Assembly (NCBI RefSeq): GCF_009914755.1
Contig: NC_060927.1
Length of the DNA: 64,000 bases
Reading direction: 5' to 3' (one strand)
Origin: the human T2T-CHM13v2.0 reference genome, Homo sapiens
Part shown: in pieces, positions 28,895-42,975 of the stretch
How the letters are laid out: every line of letters starts with the position of its first letter
Position numbering within the stretch: the first letter of the stretch is position 1
The notes under the pieces: generated by a model
The model's database searches: none
What the model was told of the DNA's origin: nothing
What the model saw: the letters and a program-made list of their open reading frames with translations, nothing else
Position numbers and translations under genes: made by a program

Positions 28895-29300
28895 TATTAG
28901 TTAAGACAGTTTTTCTTCTAATATAACGGAGAGAGAAAGAGACTCAAAATAATAGGGACTTAAATAAGAATCTGAGTAGGCTTCCCAGAGTTGTCTAGGT
29001 AATCAGTAGATGGCCAGACTCCAGAATCATCAGGGATCCAGGCCTAATCTTCAACCTCACAATCCAGGGTGGCTATCCCAGTTCTTGCTGTTTAATCTGC
29101 ATTGCAACTAGTAGGAAGGAGTCAAAGCATAATTCAACATTACTTCCACTCACATCTCATGGATCAGACGTAGTCATATGGTTATGGTTATTACAAGGCA
29201 GTTTAGGAAATTAGCCTTGGCTGTGCCCAATTAAAAATCCCATTACTATGGAAGGAAATGAGAACAGATACTGAAGAGTAACTAGAGGTGTCTGCTACAA
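28895..29300. mobile_element. Old MaLR LTR (MLT1-like)
   Basis: GTATTAGTTAAG start, CATTACTTCCACTCACAT.., ends TCTGCTACA. Confidence 0.55.
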
Positions 29301-29316
29301 GTTGGAAATTCCTTGA

Positions 29317-29647
<331 letters not shown>

Positions 29648-29759
29648 CAAGAATAACCAAACTCTTAAGCAAGAAAGCCAGTTTGAAAGATTTTACAATA
29701 ATCAAGAAGTAGTTGACATAGCCCTTACGTAATGAATGGCAGGGGATAACTGCCATTAA

Positions 29760-29940
29760 AAGTATGAGCTATAGAACTATATTGCCTGGATTTTAATCCT
29801 GGTTTGGACATTTCCAGAGAAATTTTGTACAAATAACTGTCTTGCCTTAGTTTTCTCATCTGCAAAGTAAGAATAATAATTCATGCCTCAGAACTTAATT
29901 GAAAGATTGAATGAGGTAACATATAACACACTTAACGTCA
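29760..29940. mobile_element. MIR fragment
   Basis: GCCTTAGTTTTCTCATCTGCAAAGTAAGAATAATAA. Confidence 0.65.
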
Positions 29941-31084
29941 GGTAAAAAAGGAAATGAAGGATAAAGTTCTAGGGCAGACTGATATTTAAGGGATATGAAA
30001 AAGAGGAAAGGCAGATGGGGAGGCGGAGGCTAAAGGGGGACTTCAGAGAAATAGAAGATGAACAAAGAAAAAATAGCTTCCAGGAAGCCACATCAGAAGA
30101 AAGTTTCATGAAGTTGAGGATTAATGGCAGAATCAGGTAAATGAAGGCTGAAAATAGGCTTTTTAATACAGGCTGTTTGTCTACTTATTTTCTTGCTGAG
30201 TCAAGCTTCTGAGGAAAACAGTATTTTTATCTACCTTTTAGAGTTATACAAACAAAGTATTGTTAAATGAATTACCAAGTTACTTGGAATAACTACCAAG
30301 TTATTCCAAATTATTTGGAATTTTAATGAAGGACTAACTACTTTTGAGTTTCTACATTGAGTCTAATATGTTAAAATTGTACACAACTATCATTTAAATG
30401 CCAATCTGTGATGAAAAGTTTCAAATTATGTCTCAGTGTGAAGTATGTGCTTTCATTCACCTCATCATAATGCTGTACAGCAGCACTTTAATAGGTGGAG
30501 GTTGTATGCTCTATAAAAGGACTGCTAGGTAAGATTCTCAGGTCATTGCTTAAGACCTATTAATTCTACTTTCTTTATGTTAAAAGTGCCTGGAGGTATA
30601 TAGTTATTTTTTACCTTCAATGGGTATTTGAGACAATTGGGATGTTAGAATGAATGCATGTGGTGTCCTGTGTCTCATTGCCTCAAATTCCAAACTTATT
30701 TTAGCAGTCATAGTATTTGCTTCAGGGCACATAGCTTGAGGTAAAAGCTTGAGGTCCTCTTTCCGGTACTAGATTTGAGTGGCAGTCTTCGTGCTGCTTT
30801 AATTAGCTGTGTCACTTCAGGCAAATCAGAGTCTTTTTGTGACCTTCGATTTGATAAATCTTGTCAGACTATTTACCTTGTACATCTCACCTCATAAGGT
30901 TTTATTAAGACTCTGTCTGTGAAGTGCTCTTTAACTAGAGCACCAAGTAAACATAAGGTAGTATTAATTAAGCTGATCACATGTCCTACACTCAGTTAAC
31001 ATAGGAGTGAGCATCTTGTTTGATTTCTGGACCAAATCCACATTCTGTTCTCTTTTATTCAGGAAGATTCTTTCTATTTTGTTT

Positions 31085-31450
31085 ACTTATTTTTTTAAAT
31101 AATTTATTGTATTTTAGATTCGGGGGTACATGTGCAGGTTTGTTACACGGATGTGTTGCGTGATGCCGAGGTTTGGGATACGATTGATCCCATCATCCGG
31201 GTAGTAAGCATAGCACCAAATAGTTTTTCCACCCTTACCCCCCTTCTGCCCTCTCCCTTCTAGTAGTTCCCAGTGTCTATTACTGCCATCTTTATGTCCG
31301 TGAGTACACAATGTTTAGCTCCCATTTATAATTGAGAACATGTGATACTTGGTTTTCTGTCCCTACATTAATTCACTTAGGATAATGGTTTCCAGCTGCA
31401 TCCATGTTGCTGCAAAGGACATGGTTTCTTTCTTTTTTTTTTCTTGCTGC
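31085..31450 (-). mobile_element. L1PB/old L1PA 3' end
   Basis: GATTCGGGGGTACATGTGCAGGTTTGTTAC...CATGTTGCTGCAAAGGACATG. Confidence 0.88.
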
Positions 31451-33457
31451 TCTATTCTAGTTTAAAGAAAGTGTAAGAATTTCCTCATGGAGGAATATGT
31501 ACATGTGTCCAGTGTTCTCTGGAAGCAACTTACCTTTTTGGTTTTGGACTTAAGCTGTCATTTGGGCAGTGAGATAAAAAGACTGTAGTTTTCATACATT
31601 TTTCACATTATTAATTATATAACTGTTTTTCTTTTCTACATAAGTTGCAGATCGCTTTATAAGGTAGTCTCATATAGGCTTTCTGAAATATTAATTGAGT
31701 ATTAAATGGTTACAATGGACCAACTGCAGGATCGATGTTCCTATGCTTATTTTAAATTTTTTAAATTTCTACAGTCTTACTTGGTTTTAAAAAATGTATA
31801 ATGCTAGAGTTTCTGAGAAGGAAAAACTTGCTAATATTGTGGCATCCTTTACTTATATTTGCTTCCAACGGAAGGGTACTATTGCCTTGATACTCTAATG
31901 GCGAAGGAAGGGACATGAATAAAGATGAGGAATAAATATATTAATCATAGTATATTGGGGCTGTAATCTTAATTTTTCAAGAGCACAGACATGTATGATT
32001 CTTTTACTTCTGTACCAGAAATTGTAGGCGAGACAGCGATTGTGACTTCAAACTTGTTTTAGCGATGACATAAAAAGAATTTGTTTATCTTCTGGTGATA
32101 AGTCATGAGGAATTAATGAAAGAGGGAAAATCACTCTCGTTTCGGTCAAAAGATGGCACTGTTGCTGTGCTGATTATTCTTTTCTGCTCAGCCCTTTTTA
32201 AATGCAGAAAACAGTTGAATACAGTGATCTAATTAACACTGACCCTCCCATCAGAATGCCAAATTTTCTAATCAAGCACCAAAAGAATAGATCCGAGAAA
32301 GAGAATTTATATTTTTAAAAAAGTGTTAGGATGTTTTAATAGCTATTTATAAAAATAACATTCTGTGTTTGAAACGCAGATATTTGCCAAGGGAAAAATA
32401 GGACATCCTGCATCGTGGTTTAAATTTTGGTTATGTTTTGAAACACCTTCCTTTGGAACTTTTATAACTGTCAGTGTTTTAAGACATTTTAGGTTTTGTT
32501 TTGTTTTATTTTAGTTTTTCAAGATCATTGAACTTATGCTATAATTAAGATAATACATGTTTTTCTTTAAGGTATTTAAGTCAAGTAATAATTTTTCTTT
32601 TATTTTCCTTTCTTACTATCCTTTAGTTGGAAGCCTGTGTAGATTAGTCTGGGAATGTTAAGGTGGTCTGTCTTGTGCTAGAGAAGCAACACATTCTCAC
32701 CTTGTTTTAAGCCAGTTTCTTAAAAGGCTTTTGAGGCATGATTCTATTTCCCTCTAAGCAGACCTTTCAAGGATGGAGAACTTCATCCTTGAAGGCAAAG
32801 CATTAAACTTTGGGAAAGACAAAATGAATGCCTTTAAAAAATACGTTTATTATTGATTTTACAGAATTTCTTTAAAATACAGACACGCAGATCAAAACAT
32901 TTTTTGAGGGAGTGAGAGAAGGAATCCTTGGTGTATTGAAACCACAAAACAATCCAGTTTTCCTTAGAAAACTCTTGTGGAATCCTGCATATAGACTGCT
33001 TATCAGTAGATTTGCCTATCTGATGCTTTTAAAAGTTAACATTTAAATGATTTACTTGCAACAATAATTAAATTAAGCTTTTATTGGATAACTAACTATG
33101 TGGTTAACTAGTTTTATCATACTAACTAGTTTTATCATACATGCAGATATTTACAGAAGATATTGTATATAGTTTTACAGTATAATTCATTTGGATCTAA
33201 AATACAAGGAGAAAATCTTATTTAATGGCAGATGTGTTTCAGAATTCAGAATTTGTTTGGATTTGTTAAAGAGTTAATATAGTACATACTTAATACATGG
33301 TCTAACCTCCTTTCTACAGGAGGGTCTGGAACAATACTCCATAATCAAACATATAAACATTTTTTCAGCAAGACATATGAATAGTTATACCACATGAGAT
33401 AAGTCTTGGCCATAAATAGCCTTACATGAGTTTAGGTCAGATTTTTAAGCCAAGTGA

Positions 33458-33809
<352 letters not shown>

Positions 33810-34444
33810 TAGGTTACAGAGCTTTTTGGATTTCACGACAGAGTATGAGATAGACCTGAAGTACCACTTGGTTGTATTCTGTGAACTGTCAAAAATCTAT
33901 TGAGGATTTTCTGTTTGCAAATGAGGGAAATTTAACATTATATTCTATTTAATGGTTTCTTTTTAAAAACTGTGTATTGTTTTGTTTTTAGCAGCTTCAT
34001 TAACTAGGTGGTTCAAACACAAAATGCATTTCAGCCTGTTCCATGATACACTGAAAGACAAGCAAAGATTTGGGGAAAGTTGTATACCTGATATCTGCCA
34101 TATAGTAACAGGTTATCTGGTATACATTCCATGGCAAGAAGGGCATCTTTCTTTCTCTTTTAGGAGTACTTGGGGTAAAATCATTTTCTACTATATATTT
34201 TTTCTTTTTTTCTTACCTTCATTATGCAGTAGGCCATTGTATTATATGCTATAAAATTAATCAAGATCAACTTTGTTTCCTACAGCAGTGTTGTGAGAGA
34301 GAATCTTACCTCATATTTCAAGTAGGGTTTAAACCTGATCAGCACTTTTATAGGAGGCTTCTGAAGGGAATATGTGTGTTTCGGAGAAATGATAGAGGGA
34401 TTATATTATGTCGCAATTCTGCTTCCTTTAGAAGTACTTCCTCC

Positions 34445-34730
34445 AATGAAGAGAAGTTGTTTAATGGGTACAAAAATACAGTTAGATAGAAGGTATAAAT
34501 TCTAGGATTTGATGGTACAGGAAGGAAATTGTAGTTAACAATAATTTATTGTATATTTCAAAGTAGCTAGAAGAGAAGAATTGTAATGCTCCCAAGATAA
34601 AGAAAAGATAATTGTTTGTGGTGATGGATTTCCTAATTACCCGATTTGATCATTCTACATTGTAAACATGTATCAAAATAAAACATATACCTTCAGATTA
34701 TCTACAATTATGATATATCAATTTTTTAAA
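34445..34730 (+). mobile_element. L1MA-type 3' end with TSD AAGTACTTCC
   Basis: AATGGGTACAAAAATACAGTTAGATAGAAGG... Confidence 0.8.
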
Positions 34731-35914
34731 AAGTACTTCCCTAGCTTTGCATTATAATTGGGCATTTTATATTAAAGAATATGTAAAACCCAAGATAATG
34801 TTTACTAGTTTCCATTTTAGAGTATTAGGTTAGCATTGTACTTAATCTGATCAAATAATACTTTTGCTTCTACTGTTGTTAGTCATGACATTTTTCTGAC
34901 TTCTACTTTTAAGTATGATTAGAAAGTTTACTGTTATCATTAGAATTCAATGATGAATAATACCAGTCTTAATACAGCTTGGTTAGTGATAATTTCATGC
35001 ATTATAGTTAGTGGTTAGCACAAATACGACATTACTCAGGATCTTGTTAAACCATGACACAGGATCATTCAGGAGCCAAGGGGCCATAGCTCATTTGGAC
35101 AGGTTAATAGAGGATACTATACTATTATGCAGAAATGGATGTTGCTTGGCTGGCTGTTTAGTTTTCCTTCCTCTTATTTAAAAAAAAAAATAATAAATAA
35201 CTAAATGGCACAGACATTTACACAAGCATAGAGAACCCAACCTGTCTTTTTTTTTCTTCTTCGTTCTCTAATCCTGACTTGTCTTTTTATGTGGTCAGTA
35301 CCACAGCTTTGCCAAAGTTTATTAGTATTATTCAAGTCTTTCTAATCTCTAAATGTTTTGCCACCTCCAGAATTTAAAATTTCTTAGTGGGCTTGTTAAG
35401 ACCTATTAAGCAATATCTTTCTTTTGTTTTGAGTGAATCATTTTGCTCCCCCAAACAACCCTTCTCACATCCTGCCATCTAACTGTTGTAAAAATACATA
35501 TACAGTCCTCTGTTTGTGATTTGGATGAAACCTGTGATAATAATTTCTTGTTTCTTGTACACTACTTCAAAATGTGTATAAATTGTTATGGAAGCAGATG
35601 ATTTATCCCAGACATTATTGTAATGGACAGGGCCCTGTATATTTAGGTACTTAGATTTTAGTAGTGTGCTAATTTTTGCTTAGTATATTGTAAAATACAT
35701 CTTTTAATTTTGATTGGAAAACAAAGACCAGAAATACTGGTTTTTAAATCATTGAACTTGTCTGATTATAGAGTTGTTGTATGTTCTTGCCTTAACAGAA
35801 ACTATAGTGTGTAATGATAAATTGTAATTATAGAGATAGTTTTATACTTTCTGCAAAAGCAGTGGGAGGCCACAACATGGTCTGGTTCAGTTCGTAAGAA
35901 AAATGGCATTTATG

Positions 35915-36108
35915 GCTCTGGGGGAGGGGGACAGGGAGATGGTTTCAGGATTAAACTGTTCCACCTCAGATCATCAGGCATTAGTTAGATTCCGGAGCTC
36001 AGGTGGTAATGCCTGCTCACCCACCACTCAACTCCTGCTGTGCAGCTGGGTTCCTAATAGGTCACAGACTGGTACTGGTCTGTAGGCCCAGGGATTGGGG
36101 TCCTCTGA
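35915..36108. mobile_element. MER1 (MER1B-like) hAT transposon
   Basis: AAACTGTTCCACCTCAGATCATCAGGCATTAG. Confidence 0.8.
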
Positions 36109-36719
36109 TCTATAGCATAAGATAATTCTCAGAGTAGAAAAATCTTAGCTATAAACCCTAGGAGTGAGTTTTTACAAATTGCCTGCCTTCCTTTATCTTT
36201 GAATACAAATTTCTGATAGTTTTAAAATACATAACTACTGAAAGCAAAAGGATTAAAATGATATTTAAACAACATGCAGCAGTAGCAAAACAGCAAGACC
36301 ATTTGACAGGAATCCCTAACATTTGCCTTATGGTTTTGAGATTAACCCAATTTGTTTTAAAAAGGCTTTGTGTTACCACATACAATTTTCTCATTTAGAA
36401 ATTAATGTGGGCAGTTAAGTTATACCTGCCTAATTTTAGAAAGATAAATTATGAATGTCGAAATGAAAGGTAAGCAGAAGAATCAGCCAACATTGGCAAC
36501 ATTATAGAAATTAATTTAAATTTGCATTAAGCCAGGAACATATTGTTTGTAAATTATGAGGCTTCTATGTACTTTTGTACAGCTTTAATGAAAAAGAATC
36601 ATACTTACTTGATTAAGCATTGGCTTTGCTAATTGTGGAACTAAGACCAAAATAGTCATTTTCATGGGAGGTTGGAAGTATCTGAATTCAAATATTGCCT
36701 ATATCCACAATAATCTAAC

Positions 36720-37365
36720 ATTTTTATTGTGTATTTCTCTATTTTTAATTGTTTAAAAATACATAACATAAAATTTGCTATCTTAACCATTTTTAAGTGT
36801 ACAGTTCAATAGTGTTAAGTACATTCACATTGTTGTACTACCAATCTCCAGAACTCTTTTCATCTTTCAAAACTGAAAGTCGATATCCATTAAGCACTAA
36901 CTCTTCATTCCCTTCACTTCTTAGCCCCTGGCAACCACCATTCTACTTTCTGTCTCTATGAATTTGACTATTCTAGATGCCTCATATAAGTGGAATCATG
37001 TGATATTTCTTTTTTGTGACTGGCTTATTTCACTTAGCATAATGTTCTCAGGGTTAATCCATGTTATAGCATCTGTCAGAGTTTTCTTCCTTCTTGATGC
37101 TGAATAATATTTCATCATATCTATGTATCTGTCTACACATTTTGCTTGGCAGTTCATCCACTGATGGACACTTGGGTTGCTTCTATCTTTTGGCCATTGT
37201 GAATAATGCTACTATGAACATGGGTACAAATATCTCTTTAAGACCCTGCTTTCAATTGTTTGGGGAATATGACCAGAAGTGGAATTGCTGGAGCACATAA
37301 TAACTTGATTTTTAAGTTTCTGAGGAGCCGTCATATTGTTTTCCATAGTGGCTATACCATTTTAA
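36720..37365 (-). mobile_element. L1MB-type 3' end with TSD AATAATCTAACATTTTT
   Basis: CCCTGGCAACCACCATTCTACTTTCTGTCTCTATG; direct repeats at 36709 and 37364. Confidence 0.85.
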
Positions 37366-37526
37366 TAATCTAACATTTTTAAAGAAAGTCTTATACCTAT
37401 TGCTATAGTTAGTAGAAAATGATCCAAAATGAATGTAGTTACAACTTTACTTAGCAAATTGGCCTTTACCTTAGTGTGTTGCTGTAAAAACAAAAAAAGA
37501 GAAAACAAAAAACGCCATCATTAGAT

Positions 37527-38020
37527 GTGTATTAGTTGTTTCCTATTGCTGCTGTTAACAATTTGCCACAAATTTAGTGGCTTTAAATAGCACAGATTTG
37601 TTACCTTTGCGCTTCTGGAGGTCAGAAGTCCAAAATGAGCCCTGTGGGACTAATATCAAGATGCTGGCAGAGATGTGTTCCTCCTGGAGGTGCTAAGGGA
37701 AAATCTGTTTGCTTACCTTTTCCAGCCTTCAGAAGCAGCTCACATACCTGAGCTCTTTGCCCTAGGCCAGCAATCCTGTCAGTTCAACCCAGGCTTCCAT
37801 CATCACATCTTCACCAACTCTCTGCCTCCCTCTTTCAATGATAAAGGACCTTTGTGATTACATCAGGCCCACTCGGATAATCCAGGATAATCTCCCCATT
37901 GCAGGATCCTTAATTTAGTCACATCTGCACATAGCCTTTTCCCATGTAAAATGGCTTGCTTACAGGTTCTGGGGATTAGGATGTGGACATCTTTGAGGGG
38001 TTTTCATTCTTCCTACCGCA
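37527..38020. mobile_element. MLT1 MaLR LTR
   Basis: TTCTGGAGGTCAGAAGTCCAAAATG...GGATTAGGATGTGGACATCTTTG. Confidence 0.8.
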
Positions 38021-38301
38021 GGATATTTATTATCCCTTTAGCAGTTCACATCTCCAGCATCTAGATAGGAGCCTTTTTTGTTTCCATGGGGAATATTTAG
38101 AGGGCAGTGAATAGTGAGGAGAGGAAACATAGAAAAAGTTTTTTTAGAGACTAACAACAAACACCGAAGTATGAGAAGACCCTCAGTGGTAGGAACCCCC
38201 AAAATATCTCTTTAATCAATAAATGAATACATGAGATGTATAGAAATCCTGGATACCATAAAATTTTAGTTATCTGGAACCTCAGGGAATACCTTTTCTA
38301 G

Positions 38302-38692
<391 letters not shown>

Positions 38693-40544
38693 TTATTCTT
38701 TTGTCAAATCTCCCCTTTAATTTGTATTACAGAAATAAATCAGATGGGTAAAAAATTAAACTACAAATGAGCTCCTAGTGAAAAGGATTGCTCCCCTGCA
38801 ACTCTTCCTCTCTTCCTCCAGTCTTAGTCCTCAGAGGCAATTGCTTCTAATGATTTTGGTTCCTAATTCATTCTTCAGGTCACCCCCAAATCTCTAAATA
38901 ATACGTTTATTCATTTTCTAAAATTGTCAAAAAATTAGACATTAACTACTGCCCTATCCCAAGGATTTATGTCACTTACACCACCCTTCCCTCATCACAC
39001 TACCCTGCACCCTGCAATCTCACACTGTACTCAGTTTCTCTCTGTCGGCTCTGAAACTTAGTACCATACACTTAGACCTACATTTCTTATTCTATTAGTG
39101 GGGGAAAGTTCTCTTAAATACACATCACACCTTTTTTGTCTTTTTTTCTTCATTTATCTTTATTCTTTTAAAAAAATAATTAGAGGCAAATGTCTTTTGC
39201 CTTTTATTTTTATAAAATAAGAACACTTACACGCCCACCCTGCCTTCCATTTCTCTCTCCCTTCTACTTCCCAGTATCTTACAGCTGTACTTTCATGTTG
39301 TCAAGGTTGATCATATTCTTTCTGAGACCTTAAAATCTGTTCTGTAACAATAGTAAGTTTGGTCTTTGGAGTAATTCTGAACATTGAAGACCCATAAGTG
39401 GTGTATATTGTTTAATTCTATAAATATTGTCCACTGCATAATGGAATAATATGTTAGAATTAAAATTCCTTGTCTCTTGGTTCAATCTCATGAGCAGAAT
39501 ACCACTGAAACATTTTTTCTAGAATCAGATAGATGAGACAAGTTGATCTCTCCCTTTCCCTCCCAATTATGTATACCAAATCTTCAAGTTTTTCTCAGTT
39601 TTCAGTCATTTCATCTCTTTTACTTCTCTCCCTTCTCCCTTCCTTCTGGAGAGCTCCCTCTTTTTCCAGACTGCAGTAGTTGCCTTCCAGGCCTCCCACG
39701 CAGCTCTCACTCTGAGGCTTCACTCCTTTCACTGCTCTTCTATGTTGCATGCACTCTTTTCTGAATTACATTTTTCCTCTTTCTTGCTTTATTTCCTCAT
39801 TTTACTAGAATTAAAATTTCGGAGTCATGAGATATCTGCAAGTTTCTGGATTCTTGCTACATATTTATTTTATGAGTTGGCTGCAAATAGAATTCACTTT
39901 AAATTGCTTTTTCCTAGGATTTGGAATGTATTTCTCCACTGATACCAGTCTGATTCCTGGGCTCGTAATAGGTGACCTGTTTTTCTCTTTGGAGGCATTA
40001 AACACCTCTTTGTTCTTGAAGTTCAAAAATTTAACAATGATGGATCTAAGTGTGGGTGTTTTTTATTCATTATAAGGGTGAAGTTTTGACAGTTTTCATC
40101 AAGACCCTCTCCACCCCCTCCTCTTAACTCTGTCACCTCGTCTCAGATTACCACCCCTGGCTCACCTTGCTCCAGCCACACTGACCTCCGCTTTCCTTGA
40201 ACATGCCTCAAGGTCTTGTCACTGGCTATTCCTTTGGTATGGAATGCTCTTCTCTCAGATATCTGCTTGGCTCACTCCCTTACCTCCTCAGAACTTTGTT
40301 CAAATGTCACTTTCTGAAATGGCAAACTGTTCTAACTGTCCCATTTAAAATTATAATCCCTCTCATCCAAGCACTCCTAATCCTTTTATCCTGCTTTTAT
40401 TTTCTTCATAGTTATCTATCACTAAATTGCATACTAAATAAAAAAATGTGCAAACCTATACATATATGTATGTATGTATATGTGTATATGTATATATGTT
40501 TATCTTTGTATATGTGTATGTTTATGTATGTGTGTATATATTTA

Positions 40545-41240
40545 TATTAGTTTGCTAGAGTTGCCATAACAAAATAACAAGACTGTGTGGCTTAAACAAT
40601 AGAAGTTTATTTTCTATTTTATTATTTTATTTCTTTTTTTTTTTTTTTTTTTTTTGAGATGGAGTCTCACTCTTTCACCCAGGCTGGAGTGAAGTGGTGT
40701 GATCTTGGCTCACTGTAACCTCTGCCTCCTGGGTTCAAGTGATTCTCCTACCTCATCGTCCCAAGTAGCTGGGATTACAGGCATCCACCACCGCACCTGG
40801 CTGGTTTCCCCATGTGGTCCATGCTGGTCTCGAACTCCTGACCTCAGGTGATCCATCTGCCTCGGTCTCCCAAAGTGCTAGGATTACAGGCGTGAGCCAC
40901 CGCACCTGCCTAGAAGTTTATTTAATCACAGTTTTGGATGCCAGAAGTTTGAGATGAAGGCATCAGCAAGATTTGTTTTGTCTGAGGTCCTTCTTCATGG
41001 CTGGTAGATAGCTGTCTTCTCCCTGCGTCTTCTTTATATGGTCCTCCCCTGTAATTCTGTGACCAAATGTCCTCTTCTTGAAGGATCCCAGTCATATTCC
41101 ATTAGGGCCCACTTTAATGAACTACTTTTAACTTAATTACTTCTTTATGGACCCTGTCTGTAAATACAGTCACCTTCTAAGGCACTATGGGTTAGGACTT
41201 CAACAAAGGAATTTTGCAGGGACACAGTTTAATTCAAAAC
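40545..41240. mobile_element. MLT1A-like LTR interrupted by an internally deleted antisense Alu (40611-40910)
   Basis: TTGCCATAACAAAATAACAAGACTG..; Alu TSD TAGAAGTTTATTT. Confidence 0.8.
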
Positions 41241-42263
41241 ATATTTAATTTGTTATATTCTATGTCCCCCAGCTAGAATGTAAGCTTCATGAGGTGAAAG
41301 ATTTTTTTGTTGTTGTTCTGTCTGTTGAGATATACTTACCACCTAGAACAATGCTCAGCATATAATAGAGGCTCAATAAATAATAATGAGTGTCTTATCT
41401 TTCTAGTACTCCTATTAATTGGATTTTGAACCTATGTAATTGATCCACCTTGTCTCATTTTCAGTCAGTCTGTTACTGTTGTACTTTTTGTGGAGAGATT
41501 TCTTCAACCTTAACTTCCAAATACTTCTACAGAATATTCTTTATTTTGGTAACCATATATTTAGTTTCTAAGAACTCTCTTCTTGATCCTTTTTCATGGC
41601 ATTCTGTTATGGATATTGTATCTTTGCTGATCTGTCTGCATTTAATAGATCATATTTCTCTTTTGTTCCCTGAATTTTCTGTTTCTTCCTGTGTCATTAT
41701 TGTTTATTTTGTTCTTTCTCTTACATATTGCTTAAGCATTTCTGATCTTTAATTATCTAGCAATCCTTGGTTATACATTTTTATTTAATAATGAGACAAT
41801 AAAAGTACTAGAGGTGTATTTTAAGGACGAGACCTTTTATCTGGTGATACAACTTTCTGAAGAGCTGACTGTTACTCTGGAGGCTCTCTTCATGGTAGAA
41901 TGCAGAGATCTTTGATTTGGGGTCTAAAACCCATAGTGGCTGCCTTAGAAGTCTTCACAAATAGTTTATTCAATTTTCTTAGATAAAAACCTTCCAACTT
42001 TTTACCTGGTTGCCCAAATTGCAATATTGGAAGTATGGAATCAATGACTTCTTATGTATGCTTTCATATGTATGCTTTGTTTTTATTTTTACTCCCATCG
42101 ATTTAAAGACAAACTCATTATTCTGTTCTCTACCCCTATTTTCCTACTTTTTGAATAGCAATCAACCAGTCTAACTTACTCTATCTTTTCCATGTTGATT
42201 GGTCTGATTATCATTTTCCAAGTCTTCAAGGATAAGTTAGAAAGAAATAGGTGTAAGATCAGA

Positions 42264-42603
<340 letters not shown>

Positions 42604-42695
42604 TTAGTTTTAAGTACGTAATCTTTGCTGTCAGACCCCCTGGTTTCTTTTTAATATACTTAACTAATCTTTTGCATTTTTCTGATTGCACACAG

Positions 42696-42975
42696 GTCTG
42701 CAATTAAGGCCTTACGTCCTGGAGGGATACTTGTATACTCTACATGCACGCTTTCCAAGGCAGAAAATCAAGATGTGATCAGTGAAATTTTAAACTCCCA
42801 CGGTAACATCATGCCTATGGACATTAAAGGAATAGCAAGGACTTGCTCCCACGACTTCACATTTGCTCCCACTGGCCAGGAATGTGGGCTCTTAGTGATT
42901 CCAGATAAGGGCAAAGCCTGGGGCCCAATGTATGTAGCCAAATTGAAGAAATCATGGAGCACAGGAAAATGGTGA
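42696..42975 (+). CDS. NSUN3: NSUN3 last coding exon (exon 6), (R)[18 protein letters not shown]...WSTGKW-stop; motif VI catalytic Cys at 42745-42747
   Basis: Branch-like CTAAT at 42664, CAG acceptor at 42693-42695, TGA at 42973-42975; overlaps ORF 42775..42975. Confidence 0.97.
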
